NCBI GenBank assembly: GCA_052325505.1
Contig: JBKQUS010000178.1
Span: 10,897 to 74,896 of the forward strand
Length of the DNA: 64,000 bases
Direction: 5' to 3'
DNA from: Limisphaerales bacterium
GTDB lineage: Bacteria; Verrucomicrobiota; Verrucomicrobiia; Limisphaerales; Palsa-1400
Both the position numbers and the translations under genes were made by a program. Positions 36,839 through 48,400 of the stretch are shown piece by piece. The notes beneath the pieces are model-generated. The model was not told the DNA's origin. It saw only the letters and a list, made by a program, of their open reading frames with translations, and did not search any database. Positions within the stretch are counted from its first letter, which is position 1. Each line of letters begins with the position of its first letter.

Positions 36839-37057
36839 TCACAGCTCACTGACAATATCGCGCAGGTGAACTTTTAACGCCCGCGCAATTCGCAGGAGAA
36901 CGTCCACTGTTGGCACTCGGTAGCCGCGCTCAATCTGCCCCATATAGACAGGATTGATGTCAATCCGCTCGGCCAATTTCTCCTGCGTCAAACCGGCCAG
37001 CTTGCGGTGTTTGCGGATTCCTTCGCCCAAGAATTTTCGATCTTTTTTTGTGACCAC
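36839..37057 (-). CDS. XRE-family HTH regulator
   Basis: 72 aa with a GTG start. The HTH is LTQEKLAERIDINPVYMGQIERGYRVPTVDVLLRIARAL. Confidence 0.8.
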   Translation of the reverse strand: MVTKKDRKFLGEGIRKHRKLAGLTQEKLAERIDINPVYMGQIERGYRVPTVDVLLRIARALKVHLRDIVSEL

Positions 37058-37111
37058 GATTGGCTATAAGCCAATCAGGATGCAGCCAAAACGCACAGAT
37101 TCTATTAGCTA

Positions 37112-37387
37112 TCATTTTGCGCTTGCGTTCCAAACTGAAAGCGTTAGATGTGTGTGGCATGAAGCGTCCGTTGCTTGTGGCGACACGAGGGAATGAAAAA
37201 TCCCCGGCCAGAAAAATAATACCCCTTTTTCTCGAAGCCGATTGTCCGATAACCGTCGGAATTCGCCAATCAAGCTGTGGGCCTTCACTTTCAAGGCTTT
37301 GGCAATTCGCATCAAAGAATCCAGCGAAATGTTCACGCAGCCCCGCTCGACCTCTCCGACGTATTTGTAGCTTTCCAAAATCAGCAA
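37112..37387 (-). pseudogene. 5'-truncated XRE-family gene remnant
   Basis: Only the second half of an HTH_3 domain is present (YVGEVERGCVNISLDSLMRIAKALKV), followed by an unrelated tail. There is a TTG pseudo-start directly after the upstream XRE stop. Confidence 0.5.
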
Positions 37388-37417
37388 GCACCATCAATTC
37401 ACATACAAGACCACGGC

Positions 37418-37630
37418 CTAAAATTCGTTTGGGAATATGTCTTTCAGATGAATTTTCAATTTCACGAGCACCGTTTCCAATTTGTCCAAAGTCAGATGAT
37501 GTTCGCCGTGCTCAATGCGAAAAAGAGTTTGGTGTGAAACTCCGACTTTTTTTGCAAATTCTGCGTAAGAAAGACCGCCCCGCTCTTTTCGCAGAAATTT
37601 CGCCAGTTGCTTGTCCAGGTTGCGTTGCAC
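37418..37630 (-). CDS. XRE-family HTH regulator
   Basis: 70 aa with a GTG start. The HTH is LSYAEFAKKVGVSHQTLFRIEHGEHHLTLDKLETVLVKL. Confidence 0.8.
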   Translation of the reverse strand: MQRNLDKQLAKFLRKERGGLSYAEFAKKVGVSHQTLFRIEHGEHHLTLDKLETVLVKLKIHLKDIFPNEF

Positions 37631-37729
37631 ATCTGAAAAATGGCAAAAACATCGTAACGTATGCGTGACGATTTTCCTTTACAAAAAATCGCCCTTCGCG
37701 TGAAATAAGGGAAACGTCCAAAACTTTGT

Positions 37730-38149
37730 ATGGCAGAAAAAATAAACATTCTCATCGTCGAGGACGATACGCCGGTTGCGTTGATGATAGTTTTTTTGCT
37801 GACACGCGCCGGTTGCGAAACGGAAGTGGCAACGACTGAAAAAAAGGCGATCCAAATGGCCGAAGCGGGCCAATTCGATTTGATTACGCTCGACGTGGAT
37901 TTGCCGGACGGCAACGGATTCAAACTTTGCAGCCGCTTGAAGGAGCACCCCCGTTTGTGCGATACGCCGGTGGTCTTTGTGTCCGCGCGTTGTCTTATTG
38001 AAGATCAACAACACGGTCTTGACGTTGGCGCAGCCGATTACATCACCAAGCCTTTTGAGACATTGGAATTCGCTCCGCGAATCCTTTCACATCTTACTCG
38101 GAAGGCATCAAACGCCTATATGGGCAACGGAGCGCCAGTTGAATCCTAA
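37730..38149 (+). CDS. Stand-alone response-regulator receiver domain (CheY-like)
   Basis: 139 aa. It has ILIVEDD, LITLDVDLPDGNG (phospho-acceptor Asp), VVFVSA and ADYITKPF. There is no output domain and no kinase in the window. Confidence 0.88.
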   Translation: MAEKINILIVEDDTPVALMIVFLLTRAGCETEVATTEKKAIQMAEAGQFDLITLDVDLPDGNGFKLCSRLKEHPRLCDTPVVFVSARCLIEDQQHGLDVGAADYITKPFETLEFAPRILSHLTRKASNAYMGNGAPVES

Positions 38150-38324
38150 ACGCCGTCGTGACCAAAATGTTAATTTCCCCCGCTTCAATTTTTTGCAGAT
38201 TGCGCGTGGCGATTTCGGCGCGTTCGGCCAGTTCATCCTGCGTCAATTTCTTCCGCACACGCTCCCGGCGCACGTTCGCGCCGAAGACCTTGATTCGCTT
38301 CCACTCTTTCTTGAAAATGGCCAC
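38094..38324 (-). CDS. XRE-family HTH regulator
   Basis: 76 aa with a GTG start. The HTH is LTQDELAERAEIATRNLQKIEAGEINILVTT. Its 3' end overlaps the receiver gene 3' end by 56 nt (convergent). Confidence 0.75.
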   Translation of the reverse strand: MAIFKKEWKRIKVFGANVRRERVRKKLTQDELAERAEIATRNLQKIEAGEINILVTTAFRIQLALRCPYRRLMPSE

Positions 38325-38500
38325 GACATATTACATCGCTTTCTAATGCTAAAAATGAACGATACATATATCGTAAAAGAAATTTGGATTGTTCTTGCCA
38401 GCACCGGCAAGGAGGAGTGCAATTGGCGTGTCTCACGTCAATTGCAAAGGCAATTCCGGCACGATTAAGGCAATGGCATGAAATGGCAATCAAACAATTT

Positions 38501-38788
38501 TCATTCGACGCCCGACGAGAGCCGGTCGAAAAAATCTTCGAGCATTCGCGGAATTCTGTCTTTGGCAGGCCAAAGCTCGTGCGGTTCAACTCGCAACGCT
38601 CTGGCAAGGCAGAGCAGTTCAAAATCGGAAACCCAACGCAATTGCGTTTCGATTTTGGCGAGGGTTTGCCGGCTCAAATCCCATCCCCACCGGCGGCAGC
38701 GTGCCGCCAGCATCGGTTGCGTCAGCTTTTGCTGGTCACGCAACCGGCGAATTTGCGGCCCGACCAGATTTCGCGGATTTTTCTTCAT
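38501..38788 (-). CDS. XRE-family HTH regulator
   Basis: 95 aa. The HTH is LTQPMLAARCRRWGWDLSRQTLAKIETQLRWVSDFELLCLARAL. It is divergent from the toxin operon. Confidence 0.75.
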   Translation of the reverse strand: MKKNPRNLVGPQIRRLRDQQKLTQPMLAARCRRWGWDLSRQTLAKIETQLRWVSDFELLCLARALRVEPHELWPAKDRIPRMLEDFFDRLSSGVE

Positions 38789-38835
38789 GTTCCGGTTTCA
38801 GAACCAGAACGGTAAGGGGAAGGTGATTGCTAAAG

Positions 38836-38851
38836 GTTCGGAATTCCGAAC
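38836..38851. promoter_or_regulatory. Perfect 16-bp palindrome GTTCGGAATTCCGAAC (operator candidate)
   Basis: It lies in the intergenic region between the XRE gene (start 38788) and the toxin operon (start 39015). Confidence 0.45.
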
Positions 38852-39014
38852 GGCGATTCCCCTTGCCAATCTTGGTGCTTTCTGGGAAGGTCGTCACGGA
38901 AGCCACTTTTTTTCGACCGATGAATAATTCTTTCAAAAAATCCAGCCGATATTCGCTCCATTGTCACCGGCGCGCCATGCGCGCGCCTTAAAGACAAACA
39001 ACAATGAAAATCCT

Positions 39015-39425
39015 ATGAAAACCATCAATACATATCAGAAAACGATTCTCGGTATTTTCGGCTGTGTAGCTGTCGTTATTGCCACGGCCCTGACCGCGTG
39101 GTCACAGAGTGCCCCCCTCCTGACCATCACGCTATTGGGAACAAACCAACTTTCCATCACTATCACCAATGGCAACGGCAGCACCTTTGATTTGCAGTCA
39201 ACGCCTGTGCTGGACAACCCGGCATATCCCTGGACTTGGGCGGCCGTAGGCACAAACGCACAAACCAATTTTCTCGTCACCGGCGTTTATCAAACGGGAT
39301 TCTACCGGGCGATTTTAGACACCAACAGCGTTCCCCTTTGGGAACTCGCCGACCCGAACAATCCAAGCGCGGGGATTTTGACAGTGTTCATTGACAGTCC
39401 GACCAACGGTTCGTTGATCCAATAA
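39015..39425 (+). CDS. Small exported protein preceding the giant toxin gene
   Basis: 136 aa from ATG at 39015 with a signal peptide (ILGIFGCVAVVIATALTAWSQ). Its stop lies 8 nt before the toxin start. Confidence 0.55.
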   Translation: MKTINTYQKTILGIFGCVAVVIATALTAWSQSAPLLTITLLGTNQLSITITNGNGSTFDLQSTPVLDNPAYPWTWAAVGTNAQTNFLVTGVYQTGFYRAILDTNSVPLWELADPNNPSAGILTVFIDSPTNGSLIQ

Positions 39426-39433
39426 GGTTTTAT

Positions 39434-42400
39434 ATGAAATACATCATAAGCAGGCAAACGATGAGTTGGTTTTCAACCTTGACGGGCGGCGCGGCCATTT
39501 TGCTGGCCATCCTTTTGCTGCCGTTTTCCGGGTATTCATCCGGCACGGTGACGAACCTGAACTGGCTGGACTTGGACGCCGCTCTCGCTGGCGGCGGCAC
39601 GGTGACGATTGCCTGTGACGGCGTGATCTACAAGCCTTACGCTGCCGTTGACATCATTTCTACGAATACCGTCATTGATGCGACTGGACACAATATCGTC
39701 TTTGACGGCTGGAGCGGTTGGGGCGGGCAGATGTTTAACGTGTCCACTGGCGCGACCTTGACGCTGAACAATCTGACCATTGCCGACAGTATCATAAATT
39801 TTACCGTAAATAATTTACTCATTGCCCCCGGTGTAACCAACGGAGGCGGCGGCGCAATTTTCAATCAGGGCAATCTGGTCATCAACAATTGCACATTCAC
39901 CAACAACGTAGCCCAGGGACTCAATGGCACCAATGGAGCCAATGGCATCAACGTGACCAGTGGGACTGCCGGAAGCGGCACGGCTGGAACGGCGGGGGGA
40001 AACATTTCCGGCGGAGCCATCTACAATCAGGGGACATTGACTGCCAATAACAGCATTTTCAATTACAATGCCGCGATTGGTGGAACCGGCGGTTCAGGTG
40101 GGAATGGCGGCAATGCCACCACCGGCACACCGGGAGCCGGCGCGAATGGTGCAATCGCAGGGATTGCTCAAGGCGGAGCAATTTTCAGCGTCAACACCAC
40201 CAATGTCAGCATGGCAATCACCAATTGTTTTTTTTCCCTGAACGAAGCGGTCGGCGGTCAAGGCGGAGGTGGTGGAAATGGCGGTGTGGCCAACAGTTCT
40301 GCGGGTGCCAACGGAGTTGGCGGAGCCGGAACAAATGGATTTGGTGGTGCCTTATACATTTACAGAAATGCCGTCGTTTGGAATTCAACATTTGGCTATG
40401 GAGCCGCATTTGGCGGCAACGGTGGTAATAATGGACAAACCACCGGAACGAGCGGCAACACCGCCGGTCCGAAAGGCGCGAATGGTTACGGTGGGGCCAT
40501 CTACAACGCCGGAACCAACGCCATTATTAACTGCTCCTTTTTCGAGAATGAGGCACTCGGCGGATATGGCGGTGACGGCAGCGGCGGCACAGTCGGCGGG
40601 ACCGGCGGTGCTGGTGGGAATGCTTATGGCGGCGGCATCTACAGCACAAACCAAATTGGACTGACCAACTGCACTCTTGAATTGGACGCCGCTTTTGTCG
40701 GCGGCGGCGGTTATGGCGGGCTTCCTTCTGGAGCCGATGGAGCCAACGGCACGGTGGCCTCCGGGGCCAATCTGGTCAGAACCAACGGCACATTCACACT
40801 GAAGAATTCAATTCTTGACGGCGGTTCCGGTTACGGCGGCAATGGAGTCGGAACATTTGTGGATGCAGGTGAAAATATCAGTGACGACAGCAGCATCACA
40901 TTGAATGGGACTGGCAGCCACAGTTCAACCAATCCAGACGTGGCGGCTTACTTGCAATATGACGGCGGTCCCACGCCGGTAATCGGATTACTGGCCGGAA
41001 GTCCGGCCATTAACGCGGCGGACAGCACCGCCGCGCCGAAATACGATCAACGCGGGTTCATGCGGGTGGGAGCGCCTGACATTGGCGCATTTGAATACGG
41101 AAGTTCTTCCGTGACTATTTTTGCCGACGGGCCAACGGCCTCGTTGGATGGCAATGTCGGACTTTTTCTGTTGGGCAGAATTCCCCCGGCACTAACTCCG
41201 CTCACGGTAAATTACACCATCAGCGGGACGGCCAGCAATGGGGTGGATTATGTGCAGATTACCAATTCCGTTACTATTTTCACCACGGTTACCAATTCTG
41301 GCAATTACGCCAATTATGCGCGAGTTCCTTTGCGCGGGATTCTAGGAGCGTTTTCGGTGACCAATAAATCCGTCACGGTCACGCTCAATTCCAGCACCAA
41401 TTATCAGATAGATGCCACCGACCCGCTGAACCCAAGCACGGCCACGATCTTTATTTCTCCTCAAAGCACATTCAATTCGTCCGCGCGTTTTGTGCGAGGC
41501 TCATCCACCGCGCCGGATTTTCAATCCTTCGTCATTCCTCTGAATTTTCAAACCGGCGTTCCATTGGCGGCGACAGGCGGCAATGCCACGAACCTGTTTC
41601 CGGGCAACTTGTGGACAAACACCCTCTACTATTTGGATGCAACGAATACGGCTTTGCAAACCAACATTACTGGCCGTGTCGCCTTTCAAAATCCAATTGT
41701 GGCCTTCGGCAGTCCGGCGGGCGGCAGTCCGATGTTCCTGAATCAAGGCTACGGTTTCGGAATTTATGCCGGTGACGCTTCGGTCAACTATTCCAATGCG
41801 CTCCGCATTCAGGTATATTATCGCTCCAATTCGGCGTTGGCTGGCACCATCAGCCTGCCGATTCCCAACCCCGCCAACAGCAACCAACTGGCGAACCTTG
41901 TCACCAACGGTTTTTCACAGACTTTCACCCAATTCGGTTTGCAGACGGTGTGGTTGACCACACCAGGGCAGCGGTGGGGAGTGTTGTTCTCGGATACTTA
42001 CATCCTTACTCACACGGCCATCTCATCCGTCGCCACGAATTACTATTATGAGGTCGAAGAAATGGGGAACGCAGCAGCGGCCCAGCCGATGGTGCTTAAT
42101 CAATCCGGCGCACAAGATTGGTCGAGGCTATACGCGATGGAATTCAGCCAGCAACCGGCCAACATTTCCACTTTCATTAACCAGCCCCATTTTGACGAAA
42201 AACCGTTGCCGCCAGCTTACGAAGGGAAGACGCTGGCGGAGTTGACGAACGTGGTGCCTGTGCTGCCCAACCTGTCTTACTTGAATCCTTCCAATTATCT
42301 GGCGATTGACGGCAGCCCCGAATTGCGACGGCATCCCATCCTCGACCAGTTTGTCGCTAACATGGGCAACGACCCGTTGGCGCTGGCCAATTATGTTCAG

Positions 42401-45400
42401 AACGAAATCGGCCTCGTGGACGCCATTGACTACGACACTAATTACAACAGTATGCCCGCCATCAATCTCGGCGGCGTCAACCGCAGCGCGCTGGCCACGT
42501 TTCAAGAGGGACAGGGTTCGCCGATGGAACAGTGCGCGCTTATGGTTTATTTGCTGCGGCAGGCCGGAGTGCCGGCAACTTATATCTTCCCCACCAATGG
42601 TGGTTTGCAGATGTTGAATTCACAGGTAAGCAAACTGTTGCGGATGCAGTTGCAAGGGGCGCAAAATTCCTTGGGCCAGACCAATCTGCCGCAATTGATT
42701 TCGGTCAACTATCCGTGGGTTGCCGCCTATATCGGAACCAATTGGGTGCAGATATTCCCGTGGATCAAGGACACGGAAATCACCGAGGGCTTTAATTTCT
42801 ACGATTATATGCCGACCAATTACAACAGCGGTTTCAAATGGCTGACGGCTTACATCAACAATGACACTAACATCTTTTCGTTAAGCAGTTCCGACCAGCC
42901 GTTGGATTTGTTGCCCGCCTTCATTCAACACAATCTCGACCTCAATCATTACGGCCTGTCGGTGGATGACATGGGCGTCCAATGCCTCAACCGGCGGCAT
43001 CTTTATTCGCAGTGGAGCCAGTTCCCCGAACCCTTTGCACTGTCGGGCACGCCGCTGGTGATTGAGAGCCTGAAAACCAACATGAGCTTGTTCAATACCC
43101 TTGAAATTCAGGTGTATAGCCAGGCCAATCCCAGCCGGATGATTGACACGACTGCCATCCCCATCGCCGAACTGCACAACCGCAAACTCCTGCTCAAATT
43201 CCAGCAGATCGGCACCAACAATCTGCACAACATGATTTTGTCACTGGAAGCCTATTCCCCGAATGTGACCAACTCCTGGTCTTTCAGCACGCGGGCCGAC
43301 CCGACTTGGGCGCTGGTTTCGAGCAACCAGCTTGACACCACGGATGACAACATCATTTTCCAAGTCACGCACACCCGCGAACATTTTCTGCCGGGAAATT
43401 ATATGGCTCCATCTGAATATGGCATCAGCAACCTGTGGGGCTACACCTATATCGAGCAGGGAGCGCAGAACGGGCAAAGCTATGTTTTCACGGACACATT
43501 CCGAAAAGGCGATCTGATTGCCTTCGGTTTCGATTTGGGAAATGTTACGCCAGCGATGCTCAATGTCTATGCCCAGGAACTCTGGCAGTTTAATCAAAAG
43601 GCCAACACCAACCAGCCTTCCACGATTAACCCCGACATTTACGAGGGCACACCGGCGTATTTATTGGCCATGTCCTTCTTCAATTATTATGACCAGTTCA
43701 CCGCCCTCAACAGCAGCCTGCACAAGATACAACTCGTGTCCCAATACGAGCAGGGCTATGGATTGCTCAGGCCGCAACGGGATTCATCCGGCAACTTGAT
43801 TAACGGCGGCCAGATCAACCTCATCACCCCGGCAGTCCACATGCCCGACAACGGGTTTGCCGCGATTTTCAACGCCACCACCCATCCAGATTCAGGCCAG
43901 GATTATCTCTCGGCGTATCTCAACTGGTGGGCGCTGGAGGCGGTGCAAGGCTCGGCAGCCGAGCATGGCACCTTGCGCAGTTTTTGTCAGACCAATGCCA
44001 TTTCCACCGTCAAGCTGCTGCAGCAAGTGCATACGAACATGGTCACTCTTACTGCGGATAATTATCAGGCGGCAGGCCAAGTTACATACAATGGCGTGCA
44101 GCTTCAAAACGCCGACACCACCACTTGGAACGCCATTGCAAATTTGTTCAGCACTGATCCGAGCGGCTCTGACGCAGTGGCTTTCATGACGCCCGGTGTT
44201 GTGACCAATGGCACTTATTCCGGTGTGGCCGCCCTCTACTTCAGCTATGACATATTCGATGCAGCGGTCGGGGGCTTGAATGGCGGCGTTGCCGATAACT
44301 ACCCAACTACGACCTTCACTTATGTAAATTCGCCCAATATTACGGTTGATCCGGCTCCGGCGGGTTCAACCACGACATTCCAATTGCTGACAACTGCGAC
44401 GGCGGATAGTTCAGGTAATTCGGGTAATGTGGTTGATGGCGCTACCGCCACTTGGCAGCAGTCCTTGACAGACACAAGTCTTGGTAATGGGCAGACGCAA
44501 TTAGACCCGTCATTGGTCCAAGCCGAAGCGCAAATAAGCGCAACCTATGGCAGCCAGCAGAATGCGCCTGCTGCGTATAACCAGCTTTACAATGTGGGCA
44601 CGGCCAGCACAACCACCCCGGTCTATAACGATGGGACGCAAACTGTAGCCGACCCGGTGAACATGATGACTGGCGAATTTTACGTGGACGCGCCAGACAT
44701 CACCTTGCCCGGCCCGATGCCGTTGCAAATCCGCCGCAACTACGGCAGCCAAAATCTGGCTGAAAATGAATTTGGCTTCGGTTGGAAAATGAGCTATGTG
44801 CCGTTCTTGAGCGTCGGAACCAATTCAACACTGATTTACGCGGCTGAAATGGACGGCTCCATTGTCGCCTACCGGCAGACCGCCACCAATGCCAATGTCT
44901 GGCTGCCACAACCGCAGGACAACCCAATGCTCAACAACAACAGTAGCATGGGCATTGGTTCGGTGGGCAACCTGTTTAACAACCGTCTCCAACTTTCAAC
45001 GCCGGGCGGCACCAATACCTACACGCTGACCGGAGCCAATGGTAGCGCCCGCACATTCACCGTGGCTTCCTATCCGGTTGGAACATTTACCCGTCAACGT
45101 CCTTATTTGAACCAGTGGCAGGACAATCGCGGTAATTTTTACACGTTCCAATATGGAACCAACTCGACGCAGCCCGATTACGGCGAAGTCAATCGCATTC
45201 AGAGCAGCAACGGCAATTTCGTCTGGTTTGAATACGATGTTTACGGGCACATCATCGCCGCCCACACCGGCGACGGGCGGATTCTGAATTACGTTTATGA
45301 CCAATACGGGGATTTGACTTCGGTGACACTGCCCGACCAGATGGAGATTGATTACGTTTATCAGCACGCCAATTACGTCACCAACAGCATCACGAATGTT

Positions 45401-48400
45401 TATTCCACGCACCTGATTGTCGAGGAAGACAAACCCGATGGCCGGGTGTTGCAAAACATTTATGATTCGCAACGGCGCGTGACCAATCAGCTTTCCACGG
45501 CAGGCGTTGACCTCAATCCGGTTCGCACGGCCACGTTTGCCTATACGAACAATTTCAGCCTGACCTCACCCACCAACCTTTTGACAGGCGTGACTATCAT
45601 TTCCGACTACTTCAATCATTCCACTACCTATTATTATACCAACAGCCTAGTGCGAAAAATTGTTGACCCGTTGAACCAGACCACCGTTCAAAATTGGTAT
45701 GAAACCAACACGGTTGGCGGTTTCCAACGCAGCTTGCAATCGGTCACGGACAAACGGGGTCTGCAAACGGCCTATTTATATGACTCATTCGGAAACCTGA
45801 CCAACACAGTTGCCACCGGCGACATCACTGGCGACGGCATTGCCACGCAGACCGCCACCAACTCGGCCAGTTACAATACCAACAATCTGCCGGTGCAAAT
45901 CACTGATGCCATCGGCAACAGCACGGTTTTAGTCTATGATCCGACCTTCAATTTCCTGCCGCAGCAAATCATCCGCTACGCGGGGGCAACGCCCGTTGGC
46001 ACCAATTTCATGGTCTATGGCAACGCCACCAATGTTGTCGTGTTAGGAAACACGACGCAGACCAATCTCGCTTTTGGTGTCACAACGCGCCGGGTTCGGG
46101 CTTATGGTTCATCTGATGCCGCCACCAATGATTTGTTCTACAACGGCCAGGGTTTCCCAACTAACAGCGTTCAATATACCGGCACTGGCGATCCGAACAT
46201 CGTCAATCAACTGTTCTATGATGAACGCGGAGAGCTAATTCAGCGCACGGATGCGGTTGGAGCCAGTTACACTTTTGCTTTTGACCCGATGGGAAGGCCA
46301 ACTGCGCAGGAAACTTTTGACACCGGCCAGACAACCCCGATGGATTGGAAATTCACATATTACAACGAAAACGGTGAGACCAACTGGATTGACGGCCCCC
46401 GCTACAATCCTGAAGACTACATTTTCTACGATCACGACGGGGCCGGTCGCGTCACGACGGAAATTCACTGGCGTTCGGAAGCCAACAGCGCAGGCACCGG
46501 CGTCGAAACGCCCGCCGGTTACAATCTCTACGCCCAAACCTTCAGTCAATTTGACCCATTGGGCAATCTCGTTTCCCAAATTGACCCGCGTGGTGCAGTG
46601 ACCACCAACACTTGGGATGCACTCTGCCGGCTGGTGCAGGCCAAACATCTCGACACCAACGGCGTCACCATTTTGAGCACCGAGGGATTCAGCTATGAAC
46701 CCGGCGGGCAGGTGCAGTCCCACACCAACGCGCTCGGTGGAGTCACCACCACGTTTTACAGCACTGTCGGCCAGCCGGAATCACGGTTCAACGCCGACGG
46801 TTCGACCAATGCGTGGCGTTATTACACTGATGGCCGCGTCAAACGCGAAATTCAATCCAACGGCGCGTATTGGCAGACGACTTATGATGATGTCAACCGT
46901 ATTACCACGAAGGTCTTTTATTCAGCGACAGGCACGCCCGAAGCCACCAACTCGGTTCAACTGGATCGGCGCGGCAACGTCATCCAGCGCGTGGACGCGG
47001 GCAACAATGTTTTCACCACCACCCTTGACGGACTTGATCGCGCCAAAGTAACCGCAGGCCCGGCCATTGTAACAGTGACCGCTTACCAAACGGGCAATCC
47101 TCCAAGCGGTCCTACTTACTATGCCACCAACATTCTTCAACAGGTTGTCACTAATTTCTACGATGCTGCCGGAAGGGCGGTGACGAACTTCAACGCTCTC
47201 GGCGAAGAAACTATCACGACGATGGATGCCATTGGACGCACAACCAGCACTCTGATTTTCAACGCATCCGGCACGCTGGTGCATGAAACCTACATGAGCT
47301 ATTCCGCCGACCATAACAGTGTCACCACCACCAGCGGTTCCGGCGCTTCGGCCATTGTCAACACAACCTGGACCGACAATGACGGGCATACGGTTTTGTC
47401 CATCGCCTATCCCTCTGTCAACAACACCGAGTTCACATTGAATCAATTTGACCTCGGCGGAAATCTTGTTTCGCAACAACACGACTCGTCTGCGAGTGGC
47501 ACGGTCACAACCTGGACAACGGCAAGTTATTCCTTTGACGGCTTAAACCGCATGACCGGCAAAATTGACCGTGACAACGCGCCAACCACCTATGCCTTCG
47601 ACCCAATGGGCGACTCGACCAATCGCACGATGCCGGGTGGTTTGCAGTGGCAGGCCACCTACAACAATGCCGGTCAGATGTTGCAGGAGCAGAATTTCGG
47701 AGGCGGCAACCCGACCCGCACCACGACCTATTCCTATTATGCAAGCGGCAACACCTTCGCCGGATTGCTCAATACCAAAACCGATGGGCGCGGCACCAGT
47801 TGCACCTACGCCTATGATGATCGGTTGCGGCAGGCTTCCATGACTTACAGCGGTTCGTTGCCGGAGCAACAACTGACCACGACATGGCAATACGATCCGC
47901 GTAACTTTGTGACCAGCATCACCGAGCAATTTGCCAGCACCAACACTGGCCCCAATACGACCATTCTACGTTCGTATGACCCTTACGGGCATTTGTCTTC
48001 TGAATCCGTCAATGGCGGTTCATTCTCCTATGGTGACAGCCAAAGCTGGGATGCTGCTGGACGCCGCTCGCAACTCGGAATTGCCGGCGGCACTTACGGC
48101 TTCACATGGCGGGCGGATGGCTCGCTGGTGTCAGCCAGCGATTCGACCGGCAGCGGCAATTACAGTTATGACACCGCCGGATTGCTGACCAATCGGTCGG
48201 TTGGCAACCGTATGACGAGCATCGCTTCGCGCGACGGCGAAGGCCGTCCGTTGTCCATCACCAACACGGTCAACATGCTGTCGCAATTGACCGAATCACT
48301 CACTTGGTCGGGCGATGGATTGCTCGCCGCGCACACGCTGGTGCGGGCTGATTTCACCGACCCGCACGTTTATACCTACGCCAGTTCAAGCCGCCGGTTG

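Noticed and set aside
39800-40900. Highly repetitive GGNGGN-rich DNA, considered as a tandem DNA repeat or assembly artefact.
   Set aside because: It is read through in one frame as GGAI(Y/F)N / GGxGGxG beta-helix repeats of the giant protein. The units are divergent at nucleotide level, so these are coding repeats.
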